A stretch of DNA of 64,000 nucleotides, from positions 36,564 to 100,563 of the forward strand of contig CAWHUK010000011.1 in NCBI GenBank assembly GCA_963832535.1, written 5' to 3'. Each line of letters starts with the position of its first letter. Position 1 is the first letter of the stretch. The notes below the pieces were generated by a model. It searched no databases and was not told where the DNA came from. It worked only from the letters and a program-made list of their open reading frames with translations. A program made the position numbers and the translations under genes. This document shows, piece by piece, positions 22,118 to 31,799 of this stretch. This stretch comes from an uncultured Acidobacteriota bacterium. Its GTDB lineage: Bacteria; Acidobacteriota; Terriglobia; Terriglobales; Acidobacteriaceae.

Positions 22118-22538
22118 TTGGTTCCTATCCTGCGTCACGCGCATCGGAGAATATGCCCTTTTCAAAAACATCGAATCATCCAGGGACTCACGATGGCGAT
22201 GCAGTTGCATGATTCTTCAGACGAGCCGCTCGAAATGAGCTGGAGCTCCGGCCGAAGAATATTCAGATTCTATGCAGGAAAACCGAGGAAGCGCCGACAC
22301 CACGCCGATTCTGGATTCGACCCACACTGTGCGTCTTCGGCTGCGGTGCGCAATTCGGCTGCAACCTGGTCCGGCGAGAACATTCACAGTTCGAACCTTG
22401 ACTTCTGTGGACCATTACGCTGAGGGGATTGGAAAATTACGTGGCAGACGATCTGGCGGGATGCAGGCGAGAACGACTCACAACCAAACAACTGAGCGTA
22501 AGTCAATGGTAACACAAGCCAACCCCAGGCTCATACCT

Positions 22539-23006
22539 CTAGCCATTTCGTGCCTCGGCCGCCTTGCGAACGGCCTCCGCGTCCGCGATGTCCTGCGGCC
22601 TCCCGGCGGCAAGCTTCGATGCGATGAGATCGGGAGCAGAAATGAAAAATGCTTTGATGCCGCTCTCGGGATCGATGATTCCCTCGGCGCGCCGCTCCCA
22701 GGCCGCGTCAAAATCGACGCCCGGGATCTCCGGAAGAATGTCGAAGCCGTGTGGATCGCGCCCGAAACGAAAGAAGCTGCCACGCTCGGCGAAGTCTTTC
22801 GGCCGAATGCCCTCAAGCGGCGCCCCAAACGCGGCGAGTGCGGTGTAAATCGCTTGCGCATTCGCGGGGTCAGCTTGAATAAAAAGGTCTATGTCTTTGG
22901 TAAAGCGGGGCTGAGCGTGAAAGATGACCGCGTATGCTCCTACGATGAGGTATCTAACGCCATGGGCATTGAAGGCGGACAAAAGGTCTTTGTAGTCTTG
23001 GTACAT
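22539..23006 (-). CDS. Nucleotidyltransferase (DUF6036-like)
   Basis: VGAYAV..H..PRFTKDIDL and SK.AAGRPQD..D motifs. Confidence 0.8.
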   Translation of the reverse strand: MYQDYKDLLSAFNAHGVRYLIVGAYAVIFHAQPRFTKDIDLFIQADPANAQAIYTALAAFGAPLEGIRPKDFAERGSFFRFGRDPHGFDILPEIPGVDFDAAWERRAEGIIDPESGIKAFFISAPDLIASKLAAGRPQDIADAEAVRKAAEARNG

Positions 23007-23160
23007 CCGGCTCGACCTCCCAACCTTTCAGCGCATAGGCCGTGCGGATCATCTCCTCAACCGCATCCATCCGCTCATGCACGGGCCGACTCTGCCAGTA
23101 GCGATACTCGTCTGCTTTCATCTCGTCGAAGCTCGTGTATTTGCGCAAAGTCGCATCCAT
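22954..23160 (-). CDS. Small partner protein overlapping the nucleotidyltransferase
   Basis: 68 aa, DEYRYWQSRPVHERM pattern; overlaps the downstream gene. Confidence 0.55.
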   Translation of the reverse strand: MDATLRKYTSFDEMKADEYRYWQSRPVHERMDAVEEMIRTAYALKGWEVEPDVPRLQRPFVRLQCPWR

Positions 23161-23266
23161 GCCTATATTTGACCACCTTGCCGCGGTGTTTTCAATGGTT
23201 CGTTTGATCGCCTTGAACAGCCCCGTGCCTCACGCTGGGGCTACGGTCTTGTGCCCGCTACGCGGG

Positions 23267-25105
23267 CTATTTCCCGTTGGGCAGCTTGACCAGCCGCACT
23301 TCAAGCAGCGCCTCGATCACCTTGAGCGCCTCGAGCACCGACTCTGAAACCGGCTCGTCCACCTGCACCACAGCCAGAGCCTTAACCGGCTTTTTGGCGG
23401 GACCCGGACTCAGGCGCTCGCGCCCCAGCGCGAAGTTGGCAATGTTCACGCCCTGGTGGCCGAGAATGGTTCCGATGCGGCCGATGACGCCCGGCACGTC
23501 CCAGTTGCGGCACACCAGCAACGTGCCTTCGAGCGGCGTCTCGATGTCGATGCCGTCGAACTCGAGCAGCCGCGGTTGCGCCCGGCGAATCACGGTTGCG
23601 CTGGCTCGGCTTTCGCCCGCCGCCGTGTGCAGCACCACCGTGAGCACTGACGCTGCCCCGCCGCGAGGGGTCTCTTCTTTTTCCTCGTGCACGCGTATTC
23701 CGCGTTCCTCGGCAACCGCCGCCGCGTTGATGCGGTTCACGTTCTCCGATCCCTCGAGCAGCCCCGCGATCGCCGCGTTGCGAATCAGCTCTGTCTTGGC
23801 CTCGGCCAGCGCGCCTCCGTAAATCAGGTCGATGGACTCGATGCCGCCCTTGCCCGCCTGCGCCAGAAACGCGCCCAGCCGCCCGGCCAGGTCGATGTAC
23901 GGCGCCAGTTGCACATACTCCTCGTGGCTAAGCGAGGGCAGATTTACGGCATTCTGCACCACGCCCAGCTTCAAGTACGCTCGCACCTGTTGCGCAATCT
24001 GCGCACCCACCGCCTCCTGCGCCTCGGCCGTGGAGCCGGCGATGTGCGGGGAAAGAATTACGTTGTCCAGCTCAAAATACGGCGACTCCTTCAGCGGTTC
24101 CACGCTGAAAACATCAAGCGCTGCTCCGGCCACCTGCCCGTTCTTGAGCGCCGCGGCCAGATCCGCTTCACAAACCAGCTCGCCGCGCGCGCAGTTGACA
24201 ATGCGCACGCCCTTCTTCATCGTTGCCAGCGTTTTGGCGTTGATAATGCCGTTGGTCTGCGGCGTGAGGCCGACGTGCAGCGTCAGATAGTCCGCTCGCG
24301 CAAACAGCTCCTCGACGGGAACCAGCGCGATGCCGTTCTCGCGCGCCACGGCCACCGAAACAAATGGATCGCTGCCGATGAGCTCCATTCCGAATCCGCG
24401 CGCCCGCTTCGCCACTTCCAGGCCGATCCTGCCCAACCCGAGAATGCCCAGGGTCTTGGCGCGCAGCTCCGATCCTTGCAGCGATTTTTTCTCCCATTTG
24501 CCGGCGTGCATGGTCGCATTCGCCGCGGGCACCTTGCGCGCCAGCGCAATCATCTGGCAGATGGTCAGTTCCGCCACGGCCACCGCGTTCGCGCCGGGCG
24601 TATTCATCACCACGATGCCACGGCGCGTAGCGGCTTCAGTGTCGATGTTATCCACGCCCACTCCGGCGCGGCCAATCACGCGCAGCCTGGGCGCGTGGCC
24701 CATCAGCGCATCGTCCACCTGCACCGCGCTGCGCACCACCAGCGCGTCGGCCTCGGCCAGCGCCGCCGGCAATCCGTCAGACAACTGGTCGTACGTCTTC
24801 ACTTCCCATCCCGGCTCGGCCGCAAACACGGCCAGTGTCGCCGCAGAAACCTTCTCCGCCAGTACGATCTTCATCGCCGCTCCCTTGCTTTTTTCACCGC
24901 TCGCGTACTTGTCAAAGCGAATGCCCTGCTGCTCGCACAGCAAATCGAACATGCGCACCACCGCCGCGTGCGGCTTGCCCTCGCCGCGCTCGTACTTGGT
25001 GAGCGAGTTGGGATGAACGCCCAACCGCTCCGCCATTTGGTATTGATAGAGATCGAGCTGCTTGCGCGCGATCAGCAGCTTTTCTCCAAAGGTTAGTTCA
25101 GGCAT
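23267..25105 (-). CDS. serA: D-3-phosphoglycerate dehydrogenase with an N-terminal XRE-type HTH
   Basis: GRAGVGVDN, GLGRIG, NCARG, ALDVF..EP, SPHIAGST, C-terminal ACT; first ~70 aa are HTH-like. Confidence 0.9.
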   Translation of the reverse strand: MPELTFGEKLLIARKQLDLYQYQMAERLGVHPNSLTKYERGEGKPHAAVVRMFDLLCEQQGIRFDKYASGEKSKGAAMKIVLAEKVSAATLAVFAAEPGWEVKTYDQLSDGLPAALAEADALVVRSAVQVDDALMGHAPRLRVIGRAGVGVDNIDTEAATRRGIVVMNTPGANAVAVAELTICQMIALARKVPAANATMHAGKWEKKSLQGSELRAKTLGILGLGRIGLEVAKRARGFGMELIGSDPFVSVAVARENGIALVPVEELFARADYLTLHVGLTPQTNGIINAKTLATMKKGVRIVNCARGELVCEADLAAALKNGQVAGAALDVFSVEPLKESPYFELDNVILSPHIAGSTAEAQEAVGAQIAQQVRAYLKLGVVQNAVNLPSLSHEEYVQLAPYIDLAGRLGAFLAQAGKGGIESIDLIYGGALAEAKTELIRNAAIAGLLEGSENVNRINAAAVAEERGIRVHEEKEETPRGGAASVLTVVLHTAAGESRASATVIRRAQPRLLEFDGIDIETPLEGTLLVCRNWDVPGVIGRIGTILGHQGVNIANFALGRERLSPGPAKKPVKALAVVQVDEPVSESVLEALKVIEALLEVRLVKLPNGK

Positions 25106-25114
25106 GATCTCGGT

Positions 25115-25274
25115 TCTCAGTTGTCAGTTGTCAGTGGTCAGTAAAAAGTGAACAGTGGACATACTTTGGGTGCTCCAACTTCGACTCGTCTTTGGATTTG
25201 CGGCCGGGAGAAAATCTACACACCTCCGCAAACCGAGCACTAACTGACCACTGATCACTGACCACTGATCACTG
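25115..25274. repeat. Inverted pair of heptamer tandem repeats
   Basis: (t/g)(c/g)tcagt x4 at 25115-25142 and actga(c/t)c x4 at 25243-25274. Confidence 0.75.
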
Positions 25275-26436
25275 CCTTCGCATACACTTCCTGCGCCGCC
25301 GCCACGGCCTGCCCAAATTTCACCGGCAGCCCCAGCGTGTCTTTGGCAATGTGTTCCATCGCGCCCAGGAGCGCCACGGTGTCGAGATAGTCGAAGAACC
25401 CCAGATGCGCCACGCGGAAGATCTTGCCCTGCATCTCGCCCTGCCCGTTGGCCGCCACCAGCGCGAACTTCGCCTTGAGTGCCTTGACCACCACGCCCGA
25501 GTCCATGCCCTCCGGCACCGCAACGGCCGTGGCAGCGGCAGCCGGAGCCGTCGGCGCAAACAGCGTAAATCCGAGCGAGACGAGACCGGCGCGCGTCGCT
25601 CGAGCGTTCACCTGGGCGTTGTCGATCAGCGCGATGCGGCCCTTCTCGAGATCGCCGCCCGCCTGCCCCGCAATATAATCGAGCGCCGCGCCGAGGCCGG
25701 CGACCAGCGCCACCGCCGGCGTGTACGCGCTCTCGCCCTTCACGGCGTTCTTGCGCTCCTTGCGCAGGTCGAAGTAGTAGCGCGGATTTTTGCTGGCTTC
25801 CATCGCCGCCCACGCCTTCTCGCTTACGCTTAGATACGCGAGGCCCGGCGGAATCATCACTGCCTTCTGCGAGCCGCCGATCAGCACGTCAATGCCCCAT
25901 CCATCCACGTCGAAGTGCGTCGTGCCCAGGCCGGTGATGCCATCCACAACCAGCAGCGCCTGGCTGCTGGCTTCCTTCAGCAGCCTGGCGATGGCTTCCA
26001 CATCGTGCCGCACTGCGGTCGAGGTTTCCGTGGCCTGCATGAAGACGGCTTTGTGCTCGGGCTTCAGCGCCGCCTTAACTTGCGCCAGATCGAAGGTCTG
26101 CCCGTTGGGCGCCGTCAGCACATCCGGCACGCAATTGAAGGCCTTCGTCAACCCCGTCCAGCGCTCGCCAAACTTTCCGGCCGTCAGCACCAGCACCTTG
26201 TCGCCCGGCGAGGTCAAATTCGAGACTGACGCCTCCATCGCCCCCGTCCCCGAGCACGCCAGCAGCAATACGTCATTTTTGGTGCCTACAAAAATCTTGA
26301 GCTGCGCCAGAACCTTCAGGAACAGCGCGCGAAACTCCGCTGTCCGGTGATGAATGTCGGCGGCAGCCATGGCAAACTGAGCTGCCGGAAGCAGCGGCGT
26401 CGGTCCGGGTGTATAAAGCCGTGTCTTGCGAATCAT
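25255..26436 (-). CDS. Class V PLP aminotransferase (serine/alanine-glyoxylate type, likely SerC role)
   Basis: TPGPT, SGTGAMEA, ETST, GGSQKA PLP lysine, RVAHLG; directly upstream of serA. Confidence 0.85.
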   Translation of the reverse strand: MIRKTRLYTPGPTPLLPAAQFAMAAADIHHRTAEFRALFLKVLAQLKIFVGTKNDVLLLACSGTGAMEASVSNLTSPGDKVLVLTAGKFGERWTGLTKAFNCVPDVLTAPNGQTFDLAQVKAALKPEHKAVFMQATETSTAVRHDVEAIARLLKEASSQALLVVDGITGLGTTHFDVDGWGIDVLIGGSQKAVMIPPGLAYLSVSEKAWAAMEASKNPRYYFDLRKERKNAVKGESAYTPAVALVAGLGAALDYIAGQAGGDLEKGRIALIDNAQVNARATRAGLVSLGFTLFAPTAPAAAATAVAVPEGMDSGVVVKALKAKFALVAANGQGEMQGKIFRVAHLGFFDYLDTVALLGAMEHIAKDTLGLPVKFGQAVAAAQEVYAKAVISGQ

Positions 26437-26721
26437 GTTTTATCCTCGTCTTTGAGAACCTGAGTTTCGGCCACGGAGGGGCCAATCAGGCGTCCGCTGC
26501 TAACCACATAATACACAATTTTGTGGCTTATGTGATCATTCACTGTGGAAATCAGGCCAAAAACGGTCGCGATGTGCAACCCCATCCCATCTTCTGGCAG
26601 CGATGCTGGGTAATCAAGAAGCTGTTGTCCTCAAAGCATGAATAAGGCCGGGTTACCCTGGCCTTTTGGCTCTCTGCAAGTTATGGATTTAGCAGTACTT
26701 CCGATTTTCTGCTCGACATCT

Positions 26722-26806
26722 TGGTGCGGAAGGCGGGACTTGAACCCGCAAGCCTTTTGGGCGCTAGCTCCTAAGGCTAGTGTGTTTGCCATTTCACCAC
26801 TTCCGC
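26722..26806 (-). tRNA. trnL: tRNA-Leu(TAG)
   Basis: Reverse complement GCGGAAG..TGGCAAAC..CTAGC-CTTAGGA-GCTAG, long variable arm, GGTTCAAGTCC..CTTCCGC-ACCA. Confidence 0.95.
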
Positions 26807-26937
26807 ACAGGCGTGGCGGCGCGGATCGGCCGCAACCATTTACAAGTCTAAGGGGAATTGAGCGCGCGGTGCAATGCGGGATGCCTGGTTCCCGCCTTCC
26901 GCACCAACTCTTCCTCCAGGGCCCGTGACCGCGTGCA

Positions 26938-29184
26938 TTACTTCAGCCGCGCGCCTAGCGGTACCTCTTCCAGGAATCCGGCCAGCACCGGAGCGCCGTC
27001 CTCGAGCGACGCGGCCAGCAGCATTCCATTCGATTCCAGGCCCCTCATCTTGCGCGGAGCGAGATTGGCGACGATCACGATCTTGCGTCCGATCAATTTT
27101 TCCGGCTCGTAATACTCCGCGATGCCGGCCAGGATCTGCCGCTTCTCGTAGCCGAGATCGACTTCAAGGCGCAGCAGCTTGTCGGCCTTGGGCACGCGCT
27201 CGGCTACAAGAATCTGCGCCACGCGCAAATCAACTTTGGAAAAGTCGTCGATGGCGATGTGCTGCTTCGCCTCGGCCGTCGCGTGCGGCTGCGCGGGGGC
27301 TTCGGGCGGCGTGAGAGGCGCACCTGCCGGAGCGGCCGCCGGCGTAGTGCTCAGCCGGCTGCTGGCCTGGTCTGCGGGTACTGCGTGCACCTGCGCAGTT
27401 GCCACCGGCTTGCCGGGCAGCGCCGCCGTGGTCGACGTCATCGCGTCGTTCGCCTTCAGGTCTTCGGCCTTAGTCACGGTGGTGGAAGTTACCGAAGGCG
27501 AAGCGGTCGCCGGTCCCGGAGACACCGTTTCGCCCTTTGCGGCTTCCGCTGCCGTGCGACTGTCGTTTTCGTCTTCAAGGTTCTGCATACGTTCGACTGT
27601 GTCCTTTTCCGCGCGAGGAAACAGCGGCACAGGCTCGCCGAATTTCGTCCCCGCCTTCAATCCGCCCCACCCGAGATCGGTCAAAAATCCCTTTTTCGCG
27701 GCGTCGGCCAACTCGCCCTGACCAAGCTGAAGCCAAACCTTGGCCGCAGCATCCGGCAGGACTGGATAGACAAGCGCAGTGATAATGCGGATGGCCTCGG
27801 CGGCGGTTGCCAGAACGCGCGCCTGCAGTGCCCCATGATCGGCATCGCTCCGCTCTGGAGGCTTCTTCCACGGGGCGTTCGCGGTGAGATAGCCATCGGT
27901 CTCTGCCGCGAGGCTCCACAGACTCTTCAGGGCTTCTGAAAATTCCAGTGCATCAAATGCTTCATTGAATTTGTAGAAGGCGCGCGCTACGTGAACGTGC
28001 AGCGAATTCTCGGCATCCGTCAGCGGGCCCACCGCCGGCGCCACTCCGGCAAAGTACTTGTGCACCATGTTTACCACGCGGCTCACCAGGTTGCCGTAGC
28101 CGTTGGCGAGATCTGCGTTGTACCGCTGCACCAGCGCATCGAAACTGAAGTTGCCATCCTGTCCGAAGGGAATCTCGCGCAGCAGGAAGTACCTGAGCGC
28201 GTCTGCGCCCAGAACCTCGTGAACCGTCTCCGCGCGCACAATTTTCCCGCGCGACTTCGACATCTTGCCCTGGTCGAAGAGAAGCCAGCCGTGGGCGCGT
28301 ACCGAGCGCGGCACAGGAATCTCGGCCGCCATCAAAAACGCCGGCCAGTAGACGCAGTGGAACCGGCTAATCTCCTTGCCGATGAGATGAATGTCGGCGG
28401 GCCAGAACTTCTCAAACCGTGCCCTATCTTCCGGAGCCTCCGAACCATAACCGAGAGCAGTAATGTAGTTAGCCAGCGCGTCCAGCCATACATACACCAC
28501 GTGCTTTTCGTCGCCGGGCACCGGAATGCCCCACGAAAAACTTGTCCGGCTGACGGAAAGATCTTTCAAGCCTCCGCGCACAAACGAAATCACCTCGCGC
28601 CGCGTCGACTCCGGCCCCATGAATCCCGGGTTCGCCTCGTAGAACTCGAGAAGCTTCCGCTCGAATGCCGAAAGTTTGAAGAAATAATTCACCTCGCTGA
28701 CCGACTCCGTCATGCGCCCGCAATCGGGGCAGGGCGTGCCCGGAGGTCCGTCCACGTAGAGCTCGTCGGAGACGCAGTACTGCCCCGTATATGAGCCTTT
28801 GTAGATGAATCCTTTATCGCGCAGCGTGGCGAACAGTTTCTGTACGCCGCGCTTGTGCCGCTCCTCCGTAGTGCGGATGAAATCGTCGTAAGTCAGCCCA
28901 AGCCGGTCCCACAAGCCGCGAAACTCGCCGGCAATTTGGTTTGCGAATTCCTGCGGCGTGCATCCGGCCGCCTTGGCCGAGCGCTCGATCTTCTGCCCGT
29001 GCTCGTCAGTGCCGGTCAAAAACCACGTCTCGATGCCCCGCGCCCGCTTGCGCCGCGCAATCGCGTCGCACACGATGGTCGTATAGGCATGCCCCAGGTG
29101 CGGCCGCGCGTTCACGTAGTAAATCGGCGTGGTCAGGTAAAAGCGGCCAGTGTTTTGGCCCGAATTCGAGTTTGCGTCGGTCAT
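26938..29184 (-). CDS. metG: Methionyl-tRNA synthetase with C-terminal tRNA-binding domain
   Basis: TTPIYYVN..HLGH, GTDEHG, YVWLDAL, KMSKS, C-terminal OB fold (ANLAPRKMRGLESNGM). Confidence 0.95.
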   Translation of the reverse strand: MTDANSNSGQNTGRFYLTTPIYYVNARPHLGHAYTTIVCDAIARRKRARGIETWFLTGTDEHGQKIERSAKAAGCTPQEFANQIAGEFRGLWDRLGLTYDDFIRTTEERHKRGVQKLFATLRDKGFIYKGSYTGQYCVSDELYVDGPPGTPCPDCGRMTESVSEVNYFFKLSAFERKLLEFYEANPGFMGPESTRREVISFVRGGLKDLSVSRTSFSWGIPVPGDEKHVVYVWLDALANYITALGYGSEAPEDRARFEKFWPADIHLIGKEISRFHCVYWPAFLMAAEIPVPRSVRAHGWLLFDQGKMSKSRGKIVRAETVHEVLGADALRYFLLREIPFGQDGNFSFDALVQRYNADLANGYGNLVSRVVNMVHKYFAGVAPAVGPLTDAENSLHVHVARAFYKFNEAFDALEFSEALKSLWSLAAETDGYLTANAPWKKPPERSDADHGALQARVLATAAEAIRIITALVYPVLPDAAAKVWLQLGQGELADAAKKGFLTDLGWGGLKAGTKFGEPVPLFPRAEKDTVERMQNLEDENDSRTAAEAAKGETVSPGPATASPSVTSTTVTKAEDLKANDAMTSTTAALPGKPVATAQVHAVPADQASSRLSTTPAAAPAGAPLTPPEAPAQPHATAEAKQHIAIDDFSKVDLRVAQILVAERVPKADKLLRLEVDLGYEKRQILAGIAEYYEPEKLIGRKIVIVANLAPRKMRGLESNGMLLAASLEDGAPVLAGFLEEVPLGARLK

Positions 29185-29260
29185 CAGAAGCGCATTCCGT
29201 TCGCGCGCATGTCGAGCGAATCGTCTGCATCGTGAATCCACTATTTGTCGAACAAACGCG

Positions 29261-29325
29261 CTGTCATCCTGAGCGACCGGGCGAGCCGGCACGGCGAAGC
29301 GAGGGAGTCGAAGGATCTGCGGTTG
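29261..29325. repeat. REP-like element in the metG-argS divergent region
   Basis: ctgtcatcctgagcga..cgaagcgagggagtcgaaggatctg resembles a common dispersed palindromic repeat; single copy here. Confidence 0.5.
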
Positions 29326-29500
29326 CTTTCAACGAACTTTGGATTCAACCCATGCGCAGCAGTCACTTTCCATCTTACGGCATTGCGCCGCGCTTCTTCA
29401 GCCCGCCGCTGTGCCTGAGGCAGCACAATGCCGGGGAAGAAGCTGCCCTACCGGAGGTGCTAAAATCACCTAGAAAATCGAGGATTTTCGAGGCTCTCAA

Positions 29501-31730
29501 TTGGTTCTGGAACTGCAACAGCGGTTGGGGCGCAGCATTCGCGCCGTGCTCAAAGAAAAATACGATCTCGAAGTCGAGAAAATTCCCCTGGAGACGCCGC
29601 CCGATTTGCGTTTTGGCGAGATCGCCACGCCTATCGCCTTTGAGCTGGCGCGCAAGCTGCGCAAGTCGCCCAAAATCATCGCGCAGGAAATCGTCGCCGC
29701 ATTGGGCTCGCTCGACGGCTTTGCCGGATTCGAGGTCGCCGGCGCCGGTTATATCAACGCCCATCTCGACCGTGCCGCGGCAACCCGTCTGGTGTTAAGC
29801 TCCGATGGCGGCCGTCGCGCCTCAGGTATCCACGCGCTTGTTGAGCACACCAGCATCAATCCCAACAAGGCCGCTCACATCGGCCATTTACGCAACGCCA
29901 TCCTCGGCGACACCTTTGTGCGCCTGCTGCGCGCTGCGGGGCAAAAGGTCGACGTACAAAACTACATCGACAACACTGGCGTGCAGGTGGCCGATGTGGT
30001 GGTTGGCTTTTTGCATGTCGAAGGCAAATCCGCCGCCGAGGTTCGTGCGTTGATCGCCGATTGCGAAAAGCGCGCCGCAGCCTCAGGCCGGCCCGCCGAT
30101 GCGATCGACTATTACTGCTGGGACCTCTACGCACGAACGTCGCAGTGGTACGGCGAAGGGACCGACCAGGAGAAAGCCGCACGTAAGAAGCTGCGTCTCG
30201 ACACGCTGCATCTGATTGAGGCAGGCGGCAACGAAACCGCCGAGATCGCCGAGCTAATCTCGACGGCAGTTCTGCGGCGCCATCTTGAAACCATGCAGCG
30301 CCTCGACATTGAATACGATTTTCTCCCCCGCGAGAGCGAGATTCTGCACCTCAAATTCTGGGAAGCAGCCTTCGAGCAGTTGAAAAAGACGGGCGTGCTC
30401 TACTTCGAAAACGAGGGCAAGAACAAAGGCTGCTGGGTGATGACGCGCCCTGACGCGGCCGCGATGCAAATCCACGATGAAGACGGAATGGACATCGAAA
30501 TCATGTGGGGCCCCGATGAAGACGCCAAAGTCATCGTCCGCTCCAACGGCACCGTCACCTACGTCGGCAAAGACATCGCCTACCACCTTTGGAAATTCGG
30601 CCTGCTCGGCCGCGATTTCGGCTACAAGCCATTCTTTATGTATCCGGATCACGAGTGCTGGATCTCGGCCGTAACACGGTGAGCCAAACCACCCGCAATT
30701 CGGCGACGCCACGGCCATCTACAACGTGATCGACTCGCGCCAGGCCGACCCGCAGGCTAACGTCATTCAGGCGCTGCGCGGCATGGGCTATACCGAACAA
30801 GCTGACCACTACACCCACTTCGGCTACGAGATGGTCGCGCTCACGCCCCGCTGCGCGGAGGAACTCGGCTATAGCGTCTCCGATGAGGACAAGAAAAAAG
30901 CCTACATCGAAGTCAGCGGACGCAAAGGCTTCGGCGTCAAGGCCGACGATCTGATCGATAAGCTCATCGCCGCCACGCGCGCCGAAGTGGATGCGCGCCA
31001 GACCGGTGGAACCGGGCCCGATGCCGTAGCCGTGCGCCAGAAGATCGCCGAACAGATCGCCATTGGCGCGCTTCGCTACTTCATGCTCAAGTACACGCGC
31101 AACTCCGTCATCGCCTTCGATTTCAAAGACGCGCTCAGCTTCGAAGGCGAAACCGGCCCCTACATTCAATACGCTGTCGTGCGCATCCGCAACATCTTCC
31201 GCAAAGGCAACACCACGCCCGATGCGGTGCTGGCGGAGTTTGCGAAGGCAGCAAGTCAGCAAGTCGGCGAGCCAGCAAGTCAGCAAGTCAGCGAGTCGGC
31301 GAGTCAGCAAGCAGGCGCCTCCTCAGTTGCTACGCCGCAAAACCTCGCCACAGGCACGAAGCGTCAGGGCACGACTTCAGTCGTGCCACAAGCCCAGCAA
31401 AATGAATGGGGGGCTTTAGCCCCTGCAGCCTCCAACCTTTCGGCTTATCTCAGCGGCGAAGAGAACGAAGACATCTGGTCCCTGTGGCTGCGCGCTGGAC
31501 GGCTTTCCCTGGTTTTGGAGCAGTGTATTGCAGGTTCCGAACCTGCTTATCTCGCCAAGCACGCCTTCCAGTTAGCACAGGAGTTCGCCAACTTCTACCA
31601 CCGCCATCACATTCTCACCGAAGAAGACCCGGCGCGAAAGACGTTCCTGCTGGCGACGGCCGCGGTCACGCTACGCGAGCTGGTCGAATCGCTCGGTCTG
31701 CTCGGCATCGAAAGCCCCGAGGCGATGTAG
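29501..31730 (+). CDS. argS: Arginyl-tRNA synthetase, one frameshift near 30677
   Basis: EHTSINPNKAAHIGH, SGRKG, GETGPYIQY, FANFYH; removing one base joins the two ORFs. Confidence 0.9.
31249..31424 (+). repeat. 8-bp tandem repeat x8 plus a REP-like element inside argS
   Basis: c(a/g)gc(a/g)ag(t/c) x8 at 31249-31312; cagggcacgacttcagtcgtgcc-N20-gggggctttagcccctg at 31365-31424. Confidence 0.85.
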
Positions 31731-31799
31731 AGGCGGGGAACGGAAATCATGCGCCAGGGATCAATCAAATTGTTCCGGTGGGGTACTCCTTTGGCGCCG

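Noticed and set aside
26600-26806. Island integrated at tRNA-Leu
   Set aside because: Core genes on both sides; no integrase or duplicated tRNA 3' end noticed
30660-30730. Programmed frameshift or pseudogene in argS
   Set aside because: No slippery run, both halves are intact, and similar indels occur in unrelated genes
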